Shown: positions 12,585 to 24,221 of the stretch, one piece after another | Position numbering within the stretch: the stretch's first letter is position 1 | Layout: each line of letters starts with the position of its first letter | Source: Rhodosorus marinus CCMP1338 | Lineage: Eukaryota > Plantae > Rhodophyta | Assembly: GCA_029953675.1 (NCBI GenBank) | Contig: JAMWBK010000002.1 | Location: 992,001 to 1,056,000, forward strand | Length of the DNA stretch: 64,000 nt | Reading direction: 5' to 3' | The notes under the pieces: model-generated | Database searches by the model: none | What the model saw: the letters and a program-made list of their open reading frames with translations, nothing else | Told to the model about the DNA's origin: nothing | Position numbers and translations under genes: made by a program

Positions 12585-13342
12585 GGTTACCAGAATTCAA
12601 GTGAATTCTCAGTAAAGGACCTTTTTGGGTTTGTACTTAAAGGACTACGAGCTAAAATACCACTACTACCTGCGTATCTGTAATGAAGTTTATAAGAACC
12701 CTCGCCTGCCACCAACCACTTCCAAACACTATTACTACCACTACCACAACCACCACCACGCCCCTTCCGAAAAAAAAATAGCAAATGCGGAGGTGCCCCT
12801 AAAATCAGACTAAATACTTCATTAAAAACACGCATTTTAATCATCTAGACTAAATATATAGCGTTTACTCCGCAGAAATTATTCTAGATTCCGTGCACCC
12901 TCATTTTTGAGTCTCAACGCAAAACAAAATGGAAATCTCAACCAAAATATAGACCACCAAAAACCCGTCAAAAGAATGGGTACGGTCCTGAATTAGAATA
13001 TTCTGTTCTTCTAGTCGGAAATTTAGTTAGAATTTTTTTTCACTTACCGAATACTGTAGCTGACACCCAGAACAAAATCGAAATGTTTTGTGAAAAAACG
13101 AAAATGGTGAAAATTGGGGTTATTGATTGATTTAATTTGTTTTTAAAAAAGGGATGTCATTGATTGATTTAGTTTGGAGTGGTTGAGAATAGAGCGTTAG
13201 TGCGTGTTTGAGGGCTTTTGAGTTGAGGACTGATGGTATTGGGGAAGGGAGTTTTGGGAGGGGGGTTGGGAGGGGGTTGGGAGGGGTTGGGTGCTGTGAC
13301 AGGGTTTTGAGGGTGTGATATTTGTTTAAGACAGTAACGAGG

Positions 13343-14347
13343 ATGCATTGTATAATTAGACTGTCCTTAACGCTGTGTTTTGTGTTGGTTTGTGTTTGTG
13401 GAAAGGGTGGCTTCGGTGCGTCGCAGCCGCGAACTCACGGGGTTGATGGAGGGGAGATACCGGTGAGGCGCCTGGATGGTGGGGTGGGATTGCCAACATC
13501 CGAGCGAATAAACGGGAAGGATGTGTTTAATATAGAAAGTTTCCCGTACGTCGTGGGGTTGTATCAGAGGCTCGGAGGGAGGGAGATTTACGTTTGCTCG
13601 GGGACGGTGGTGCATAGGAATGTGGTTTTATCGGCCGCCCACTGTTTTCTGGAATTCATTCCGGATTCTTCATATCAAGTGTGCTATGGAATTGCCAACT
13701 TGACAAAGAAGAACCGAATATGTACCCCCATGGTGGCGAGAAAGCTTCAAAACAGCTTCAACCGGGATGCGACAACCGGTCCGTTCGACTTGGCTCTGAT
13801 TAAGACGAAGGATCGCATTGATTCTCCTCGTACTGAAATTGCTACCGTGGACTTCAGACTGAAGAGCACGAAAGGGAAACGGGCTGGCTTTCTCCTCGGG
13901 TTTGGTCCTAGTGCGTCTGAACCAAGCGAAAGACTTCGATATCTGAAGGCCGTACACAGCCGTATGGAATTGTGCGTTAACCACACCAATGCAAAGTACT
14001 TTCAGTGCGCTCGTTCAGGTAAGAACAGCGGGTTGGGTGGGCCATGTGTCGGAGACAGCGGCGGGCCCTTGGTTGAGGGACCTGTTCACAATCCCAAGCA
14101 TCATCGCGTGTTGGGAGTACTCAGCTATACTTTTATAGACTCTGGTGGTAAGCTCGATCTCATTCTCTGATAACTACTTCTACTTCGCCCTTTGCCAAGT
14201 TCGCTGACCATGTTTGTCTGACTTCCAGCATCCCAAGGGTCATGCTCTAATTCACTATCCGGATACTCGAGGCTCTCACAACCGGCACATAAAAAGTTCC
14301 TTCTTAGAGCAATGAAACAACTGGGAGGTTGGTTCAAGCTCGCCTGA
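13343..14347 (+). CDS. Secreted S1A serine protease, paralog 2
   Basis: Signal peptide; SER|INGK; LSAAHC, GPFDLALI, GDSGGP. Phase-1 intron at 14148-14228; last exon ...SGYSRLSQPAHKKFLLRAMKQLGGWFKLA*. Confidence 0.9.
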
Positions 14348-16358
14348 GGTACAGCAAACCTGGTCTTATACGTAGACGGTGCCTTTGCTTCAAACTCGAT
14401 ACGGAGGAAGCGGTGACCGATGTGGAGTAGGGATATAAAAGCAGATGTTGAGGGACTCTTATGATGGTTATCTATCCAGGCCTTTGCAGTGGGCAGCAGA
14501 CTTCTACCCTCCCTAGGCAAGGATAAGTCCTTTTTATTGTCGTCTGCACCGCAACAGGTAGACTTGTTGCGCCCCGGACTCTGTAACAGTCTTTGCTTTG
14601 ACCTCTCAAGCCAGCTAAATCCATCGATTGACCAAGCCACATGATTTGTTAAGGCCTCGCCCAGCGGGCAACTAAACCCAAGCTCCCTGCTGACTCGCAG
14701 ATAGTGACGGTCACGGAAAACGTCGAGCGGGAAACTATTCACGCAGGGCTGGGCAGCCCGACTTGCAGTTCCTAGTCGTCCAGGTTCCTCATCGACGTAC
14801 TGAGAAAACAATGCTGAGGATCTGGACGCCATTTCTGTCCACCAGATCGGGTTTCGGGATATAAAACCGGGCGCTTTGGAATTTCACCGAAAGTCTTCTG
14901 TTCTTCTTCAGGACTCTTGAGAATGTGCAGACAGCACGAGCCAAATCTTATCACGCCGAATACCGTAGTAGGGTAGGATTTGTTTTACTGTGGGTTAGCG
15001 GGGGAGGGTGGCTTCTGCTGAGTTGACCATCCTTCAGACAAGCTCACGAAGCTACAAAGCGCTCTAGTATCCATCCATATATGCGCTTATGAAACGCACA
15101 TACGGATGCAACTTACGTCGATTCGACCTCGAAAAAAGCAACAGAAAAGAAAAGTTGGGCGTGGCCGTGGTGATTCACGCCGCGTTACTACAGGGACAAT
15201 CAACAAGACCAGTATTGCCTTCAAAAGTCCTGAGCGGAGCTCCTTAAACTCGGAAAGATCTTTTGTAGTAAAATTTACGTGACCACATGGGCTCCTTACC
15301 CTTTTTTGCCACCGAAGGAAACTAAATTTTGCCACCGAATGCAATGCTATTCTTCCCGTGGGGCTCGAAGGTTTTCACTGTGCAAGCTTTAATGAGCTTC
15401 CATCAACAACCGCCAAAGCCAAACCTTTGTAGGAGTTTCATCCTGTTGAAGAGCAAAGCCGTCTTTCGCCCTGTGAAAGCTTGAGTTGGAAATGGTCGAA
15501 CACGCCTTTCGAACTGGTCTCCGCGCAAAGTGCCCTAGTCAATACACCTAAGCAGTCTTCCTTTCCGTGTGTACGCACTGACCGCGTCGCCATGAACCGG
15601 CAACGCGTATATTATTTTCAACTAAAAACAAGTACACAAAATGTCGTATGTCTGATCTAAATTCTTTAAATAAACAGGTCCTATTTACCGTCCAGTACTC
15701 AATCAACATTTTGCTAATAATCAATCATCTCCGCAATAGCTATTGAATCATGATTACTTCTGAAAAACGAAAGCGACAGGCTGTCATAAAAAGGATGTCA
15801 CTGTTGTTCGACAGTCACTTCCAAACAGACCAGCACGCACGGGCGGGGCATTATCTGTGTTACGTGCAGCGTTTCGACGGTGGCAGTGATTTTGGATTAG
15901 AACACTGAATTCCGCGGTGAGTTTTGCTTCCTTGGGAGGGGGGTTGGCCTTAGCACAGAGTATCGTTGAGGTCACAAATATCGGAAGGCAATTCGGTCGT
16001 TATCGGACAAAAACCGAATGCAACCTCTTTAATTATTTTCTATTTCAGGTCTGATAAACTTATATAGGACGGAAGTCAAATAAGAAAAGGAACTGTATTA
16101 TTTTGAAATTCAGGTCCGAGCAGACCGTCTAATATTTACAACATTCGTACTTTTTTTTTTATCGCGCGGAGATGACAGCCTCGTCAGCTAGGGAGACAAG
16201 TTCTTCGAGACATATTCGAGCACTGGCTCCTAATAGTGGACGAGTTTGCCTTTAGGCAGAAGGTTGTCAAGTAGGCTTGCGGGGTGTGTGAAAGGGTTGG
16301 CCTTAAGGAATCGTTGAGGTGACAATTGTTTTTGTTGGTGTCGAAACAGTACGTGAGG

Positions 16359-17373
16359 ATGGGTTTTTCGATGGTGCTGAGGTGCTGCTTCGTGGCTTGT
16401 GCACTGCTAGTCACAGTGTCTGGTTTGGGTCTTTTGGATTCTCAATTGGAGCCTGCTCGTTTGGTCAATCGGACGGGGATTCCTGTGAACATATCGCCTG
16501 CTGATGACGTGCATTTGTCGACAACTGAGCGGCTGATTTTTGGGAAGACTGCTTCTTCTATCAAGAATTTCCCGTATGTCGTGGGGTTGTTTGCTAAAGT
16601 GGCTGGCGTGGAGATCTTTCTTTGCACTGGGATTATCGTGGACAAGAGGGTAATTTTAACTGCTGCGCACTGTCTAAATGACTTTATTTCGGACTCGCAG
16701 TACCGTGTTTGCTACGCCTCGGCTAACTTAGTCAACCAGAAGCTGAGAAAGTGCACTACAATTGTGGCGAAGAAGGTGCAAAACAGCTTCAAAAGCGAGG
16801 AGACAACCGGGCCATTTGACTTTGCCTTGCTTAAGACGAAGGGCAAAATACGCTCAAATCGCACTGCCATCGCCAGACTGGATTTCAGGACTTCCACCAC
16901 AACGAAGTCAAAACGGCTTGGTTTTTCGGTCGGATTCGGTCAGACTCCTTCTGGATGGGACGGCAAACTTCGATTCCTCCCTGTAACACATGGGCTTTGC
17001 GGTGATATTGATAATAACAAGTACTTCCGTTGCACAAGTTCAAATCGCCAAGATGGAAGCGGCGGATTGTGTTCAGGGGATAGCGGTGGTCCACTGATTG
17101 AAGGACGGATATCAGTGCCCCACACGCAGCGTGTGATTGGAATACTTAGCTGGACGTTGCAAGTACCCGGTTCACCAGGTGAGACAAATACAATATTCCT
17201 TGCACATTCAGACTCAACAATTCGCATATCTATCTCACTTTATTTTCCCCGTACGTCACAAAGCTCCCTGTAGTGAACTCGGAGGCGGCTACTCGCGACT
17301 GTCGCGACGAGACCACCAGAAGTTCCTACAGAAGGCAATCAAAGAATTGGGTGGAAGGTTTAAGACTGCGTAA
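16359..17373 (+). CDS. Secreted S1A serine protease, paralog 3
   Basis: Signal peptide; TER|LIFG; LTAAHC, GPFDFALL, GDSGGP. Phase-1 intron at 17179-17263; last exon APCSELGGGYSRL...FKTA*. Confidence 0.9.
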
Positions 17374-17544
17374 AGCAGTGTTTTCTGATCCAGAAGAAAG
17401 GGTTTGATGGTGAGATGGGTGAGGAGACTTGAATTTTTAGAGTCCCAACCTCGCGGGCGGCAAAGGGAGGGATTCATGTTGATATTGATCAGGGCATAGT
17501 AGATTACTAAAAGGAAGACTTATTGAAGATAAAACACGTCAACA

Positions 17545-18063
17545 TAAGAAAGCTAAGAAAGTCCTTCAACTGCATCACCGGGGAATCGAGCCCAGGACGT
17601 CTCGCCGTTCCCGAAAAAACACTCCCCCAGCAACATTCCTCACTTATGAAATTTTCTCTCAAAAAAAATTTCCACAACAACCACCAGACTGTCGCGAATT
17701 CGAAAAATTCACAACGAAATTTTTGGGCGAGATGACCTAAAAGCGATCCCAGAAATAGTCCGCCAATGACCGTTTTTACCAGTCGATAATTGAATCACGA
17801 TTAAAAAAGAATAGAAACGACTATATATTTTGCTGGCCTTATAAAAATACACGAAACACCCCGTCGAGGAGCTGAAGATGCCGTTTTGTTTATCGAGAGT
17901 GGAATTCCATGGGGTAAACAAGGCACGCACGCACGCGCGGCTACGTTTGACCACAGAAAACTTATCTAAAGCCCATTTTTCGACTCTTTTTGAGGGGGAG
18001 CGGTGAGACGTCCTGGGTTCGATTCCCGGGTTATGCTGTTGATGGGCTTTCTTAGTTTTCTTA
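17545..18063. repeat. Inverted repeat pair (68-bp arms, ~380-bp spacer) resembling a tRNA 3' half
   Basis: 17545-17612 versus the reverse complement of 17996-18063: 9 mismatches in 68. The right arm contains GGTTCGATTCCC (T-loop/B-box-like). Confidence 0.85.
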
Positions 18064-19724
18064 GAAGGTAGGTTAATCTGCTTGGCTTTGACTCGGTGGC
18101 CTCTTTGTAGCTACCCAGAGCAAACCAAGCTGTGACCTACTGGTTTAATTGGAGAGTAAAAGTAAACGCCGTGGGATTTTTCGTCACCCTCCGTTTGTCT
18201 TTGTTTAGTCGGTGCGTCGTTGACGGTCTTTTCTGCACCCTTCTGCCGGTAGACCTTGTTTACCGAACGGTTTGGTTTTTCTAGAAATTGTACGTTTGAG
18301 GTCACTTGCTTCGTACGGCCCTGCCACGTCTCGATAACCCCTCCTCCCCGTCCTCCCCCCACCCCACCCCCCGGCCGCTCTCAAGGTTCAGTGGAAAACT
18401 AACGACCCTGAGTGGCGTCCGAGGGAAAGGAGAGCCAAAAGCTGTCATCTAGTAGCTAGGCTCTGACTAAATTGTTGTTGTTCTTGTTGTGTAGCTGACC
18501 AGTGTGGTTTACATGGAAACTAGCGACCCAGGTTGTTCTTCTAAAGAGGGTGAGAGCGGGGTTAACAGGGTGGTGAACCCCCTCCGGTAAACCGCTCTGA
18601 CGTTCCAAACCGGATCACTTAGCAGCGCACCCCTCCTCCACCCCCGCAGAACCTAAAGATCCAGACTTCTAAATCCATTAGTTACAAGATTTTTGATCCC
18701 CTAGTCCCATCGGAATTCCCCTCCACCCCCCTTTCCCTACCACTAAAGCCATAAAGATGGAGCGGTAGTAGAGAACAGCTCTGATAAAATGTGCTGTTGT
18801 AAGTGACCCAAAATGTCCCAGAAGAAAAAAAACCGGAAAAAAAACCCACACACTCAGTGCAAAAACTCTAAAAAAAAAAAAAGTCGCTTCATCATGCTGA
18901 CAATGAAAATTCAATAAATAATATCCAGATATGAAAATCCGTTCTACAAAAAAAAACCTTCATCAATCTGTCGTCCTTGAAACATTTCCAAAAAACAAAA
19001 TAAACTGGTCACGAGGGTTAAAAGTTCTCCACGAAAAAAAAAAATAGGATTGAAATTTGTGTTGTTGGGAAGAAAGTTTGATGATATTAACGGTTAGGCT
19101 TTTTTAATAAATAAATAATCCGATATTTCTTGCTTTTTCGTATTGTTTCCTCCTCTTTTCTCGACGTGTTATTATTTTTAATACAAAAAATCCGTTGACG
19201 AAAAATAGAAAAACTAATTGTGGAAATATATACTTCTTGCTTTTCATGTACTCCTGAAATTATTAAAAAGTTAATAAACGGTCGATATGTTAATTGATTA
19301 AAAACCAACGGGGAAAATTCAATGTGAAAAGAGAGAGAAAAACAAAAGAAAACGCCGTAGTAAGCATCTCTTTTCATCGAGAGTTTGATGGGTGACGTGC
19401 AGAATGATGAAGCAGGGTGTTCTATGTCTCGGCCGGATGTGTGACCTAACCCGCTTTTACCTTTCTAACTGAAATTTTCCAGATTTCTGTCCGGATAACT
19501 AGTGAAAAACGTCAAACGGATTTTTTTGTCTTGGGGAGTGCGTTTGCCATCTGACGTGAGGATGCTATTGTCTGATGAGGTTCTTGGGGGAGAGAAGAGG
19601 GTTTTGGGAGAGAGCGAGGGGAGGGGGTTCGGGGAGGTTGGGAGGGTGGAGAGGTGAGTAGTAGTGATGCTTGGTCAGTGTACTTCTGGTTGAGGCCAGG
19701 GAGGGGGGTTACGGGTGGGATAAA

Positions 19725-20743
19725 ATGGGTTTGGTTGTTGAAATCTGTTTCTGGCTAACATTGCTTGTGGTTGCGGCGCATGGCTGGGAACTGGCGGATC
19801 CGAGTTGGGAGCGGGTGCGTCTGGAGAACGGGACGCACATTCCCGTAGAATCAGTTGACGATGGGGTTCGATTGTCAAGTTCTGAGCGGGTATACAAAGG
19901 CGCTGATATCAAGTCGATCAAGGAATTCCCGTATCTGGTTGGCATTTTTCTGAGGCGCGGTAAACAGGTTGGCTACGTGTGCACGGGGACTGTTGTGGAC
20001 AGGCATGTGGTTTTGACCGCTGCACATTGCTTTGATGATTCTGTCCCAAATTCCCAGTACGAAGTTTGCTATGCCTCTGCCAACCTTGCAAACAAGAACC
20101 TCCGCAAGTGCACGCGTGTGAAGACCAGAAAGGTCCAACACAACTTCGCTAAGCAGGATGCGACTGGCCCATTCGATATCGCCCTATTGAGGACGAAGAA
20201 CCCGATTCGGTCCCCACGTACGCAGATTGCAAAAGTCGATTTCAGAGTAAGCAGCACCAAGGGAGAACGGGATGGCCACCTAATTGGATTCGGCGTTACA
20301 GAAAGCGGTCCTTCTGCATCCATCTGGGACGGAAGGCTTCGCTATCTCCCAGCCAAGCACAGACCTATGGCACAATGCTCCAAGTACAAGGATCAAAAAT
20401 ACTTCCAGTGCGCACGCTCGAACCGCAAGAACGGAAAAGGGGGATCGTGTTCAGGAGACAGTGGGTCTCCATTGGTCGAAGGGCCGAAGAAGGATCCCAA
20501 AAAGCACAGGGTGATTGGGGTGCTCAGCTGGGCCTTCAGAGAAAACAACTCGAAAGGTATGCCCAACTGTCGATACTATTAACACAAATAAGCTAATTCC
20601 CTGACCATGTTTTGCTCCCCGAACGTCGACCAGTTTCATGCACAGAACGCGGCACAGCCTACGCAAAACTGTCACAGCCGGAGCACAAGAAGTTCCTCCT
20701 AGCAGCAATGAAAGCATTGGGAGGCAAGTTCAAGACCGCTTGA
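19725..20743 (+). CDS. Secreted S1A serine protease, paralog 4
   Basis: Signal peptide; SER|VYKG; LTAAHC, GPFDIALL, GDSGSP. Phase-1 intron at 20557-20633; last exon VSCTERGTAYAKL...FKTA*. Confidence 0.9.
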
Positions 20744-21235
20744 GGGGCCATCTTGGCGTAACATACGAGGCACGGATTTATGGATATTTGTATATTGATC
20801 CCAGAAGGGAGACCTAGCGGAGGTTGATCATTCCAATAGATGGGATGAAATACTCCGAGTATCATTTATTAATAAAATTTAAACCAGAAGAATTACGGAC
20901 TTGTGAAAAGTACGTATCTGAGCCACAACGTTGGTCCCACTGCCGTTCGCATCCCTCTGATCTGACTTTGGTTATAGCGGCTAGCCAGCGAGAGGTTCAT
21001 CGCGGCCCCCGCTGCTGGGTTTGACATACACGAAAAAACCTGGGTGGTGTTGATTCCCCAAGTTCCATTAGTGTTGAGCAAATGGAGAATTCTCGTTCCC
21101 GGTGGACAGTCTACCGAGAAGGGTCCTGAATACCTATGTGCTCAAGCAGGTCAATTTGGCGGGTTCTCCTTGAATGCTTCGTTGGTGGTAGTCAGTCGCG
21201 TCGAGTTGAACATGATGTATACCAATATCAGCTGC

Positions 21236-22196
21236 TCACTTCTGTGTAAAAACCTCCTGCTCCATGTGCCTTCTCCAATTCGGTCGAACATACGCCTTGG
21301 CTGGGTTTGAATCTAGTCTCGAGTACCCAAGTCCTTCTAGCAACGATGAAGCTGCTATCAGACTCAACCCCCAAAGTCTGGGCGGATGTCGGCTCCATCT
21401 TTGGATTGCCGATGGACTCGAAAAGGAAATGTTTCTTGCCAGATCCGTAACCTGAGTGCAGGGTTCGCAGTGAAAATTTTGCTTAGAATTTGACGTTTCT
21501 TCTGAGATGATTTTCTCCAAGTCCTACTCGTACCTCAACAGATGGATGAACAGAAGCATCATCGCGGGAAAAGCTTCTGGTAACGTAGTAGGGATCTATG
21601 ATTTGCTGTCCGTGCTCCATCAGCGGATTCAGAGGTACCCAGAAAGCCGCGTCCACTTCTTCCTCACTAAGTTTCAACCTTGGCATTTCTGAAATGTTCA
21701 GCAGAAACACTGCGAGTTTGTGAAAAAAGGAAAAGCCAAAATCAGTAGACTGAGCGCTAAGCACACGAGTTTCTGAAAAACACTCACCAAACGGAGAGAG
21801 TGTTGAATCCCGGAGAGGACGGCCTGAAATACTTAGAGGAATATCGTCAAGGCGACAAAGAGAGTTGAACCCGGACATTAAATCCAGTCCTATTTCTTCC
21901 CTCGTTTCTCTTACTGCAGTCTCCTGGTCGGTTTCCCCAGGGTCTGCTCTTCCACCTGGAAAAGCCACATGTCCACTCCAAGGATCCCCTTCTCTCAGTG
22001 CTCTCCTGATCAGCAAGAGCTCCAACCCTTCTCCAGTAGACCCACCTAGCCATTTTCCCCTGCCAAAGCTTTCGAAAGCGTTCGGACTCTGTGCTGTTGA
22101 ACCCGAAATTCTTAACACCAACGCTATGGACGCCCGAAATTTTCCCGGTAACACCCGGCCGGTCTGCCTCGCAAGCATTTTCACAAGCCTTTCCAT
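21236..22196 (-). CDS. Nudix hydrolase, CoA-pyrophosphatase-like
   Basis: LLLIRRALREGDPWSGHVAFPGG followed by the Nudix box GGRADPGETDQETAVRETREEIGL. Downstream exons encode EEEVDAAFWVPL and LWGLSLIAA. The 3' end is approximate. Confidence 0.85.
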
Positions 22197-24221
22197 AGCC
22201 ACAGCCGTCGCGCGGGTCGTCACGCCGAAGAAACCCAAAAAGAAAACAAAAACAAAAACTCAAAAGCGCGCTGCAATAAGATAAACACCTACTCCCTATG
22301 CTAAGGACCCTTTCAATCCCTCCCCAAAATCACATCGAAGTCAGGACAGCTCGAAAGCGCGGGGCGCTAAGATACATGCCAGCTCCCTCTGCTCAAGCTC
22401 TTCCAATCCTCCCCAGAGCATCAGAACGAACGCAAGCAGAGGGTACTCGGAAACCTTGTCAACTAAGCCCCTGTTCTCATGTTTAGCAGAAGCACACACA
22501 AAAAGGGTACTCTAAACCCTCCCTCAAGATAAACTCGCGGTTACTTCACCCCTTAAACCTTTTAGCACAAACGGAGAAAAACCCGCCAGAAAGTCAAAAG
22601 CCGTAGACGTTTGTTCTCAATTGTCCCCCTCCCCTTCCCCTCACTCTCTTTCTCCTTCTTTCAACACCACCACTCCCCCCCCGCAAAACCTTGAAACCAC
22701 CCAACTCACTCCTTACCAACCAAAAGGGCCTACGAGGAGGAAGAAGCTCAACCTCTTGAAACCAGCTTGCCGAGATTTTCCACATGGAAGATACCCAGCA
22801 AGCTCTCGGCGTTCCAAATATTTAGTCGAAAGAGAAAGCGGGGAAGGAGTGTTTTTTTCCCCCGTCGGATGGGCCTGTTCAATTCGTCCCAATCGATCAA
22901 AATGGTATTAAAAGCGATTTAGTATTTTGATAGCGGAAAGAAGCCTCTCGCTTGGGGGTGCTTCGCGAAATCCAAGCCTTGTTGCACTCATGCTCGTGGA
23001 ATAAATGCATTGTTAAATCGGGTTTAACTTCATCGACCCGACTCAATATTTATCCTTCGAGCACTCCGGACAAGATCTGGACGTGTATCCCAGCTTTTGA
23101 GCTTTTTTTGAGTGATGTAGGGGATGGAGGACGTTGGAGAATCGGATCTACCTGGTCAGCGGGACTGTCAGGTTGTTCGAAGAAATGTGAGCGACAGCTG
23201 GTTCAACTCCGTGCATTTCTGTTCGCTGAGGAACTTGATAGAGGTCCGTAAGCGTGTAAACTATTCCGCTGAGAATTGCTGACTTCCCTCCTAGAGATGC
23301 GAAGTACAAAAACACTTCCATAGCAGAGGTGACGCTTTAAAAAAAAGAGCGTGAAGAGAAGTTTTCACTGCTCTTCTTTTGGTGCCCTCCTTTCGTCAGA
23401 AACTTCTACTTCCTTCAAATGAGATCCCGCTCATAAGACCAAAGCCAACTCCTTCGAGTCCGCCCAGTCAAGTTCTCTCCCATCGACGTTGTCACCCAAA
23501 AGGAAGAGGCTAGGCTTTTCGTGGCTGGGGGTTATATAGGGGAATTGTCCTATGATTTCTCAAGATTATACGATAAGCGTAGCTTATTGGCTATAAGACT
23601 ATATATAAATAAAATATAATTTAACAATGTATTTTGGTAAATGTAGATATTTTATGGTATATCAATCAAAACCTCTTGAAACTATCGAATGATGTCTTAT
23701 ACGGCGGTTCGGAATCGGTTTCGGGTATCTAATTGGATGTAAGTTTGACGTTTGATGGTTACGGGATTCAGAATGTGTCCAATAGAGGGTGGCGATCGAA
23801 TCCGTGCGAGGAAGATCGCAGTTGGATCTCAAACGAGACAGTTGATTCTCGTACGATGAGTATCTTTATTATGATCTTGTGTGCTTCTCTTCTGAGGCTC
23901 AAACAGACTCCAGCGCGTATCGAACGGCGTGGTGGATTCAAAATTTTGGATTTGTAATTGGTTTCATCCACGGATATATCCAAACTACGTACTGCTACGC
24001 CTTGGCGTTGCTTCTCTACCGGGCTAACAGATTTCGTTAAGACTGTCATTTAGGCTCATATGGGCTGTTTAGTGTGCGAAAAGTTCCAGGGAGACGTTGC
24101 ATCCTTAGCAACGCGCGTAGACTTTTGGATAGAGGTTAATAATTGTTTAGTTGCTGCTCGCGTCGGTGACTAGCTTTGATTCGCGCATTTAAGTTGGTAA
24201 TGGACATTTGGACATTTGCAT

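Noticed and set aside
17996-18070. Complete tRNA gene
   Set aside because: Only a T-arm and acceptor-like 3' half is visible, with no D-arm, anticodon arm or A box. Kept only as a repeat finding.
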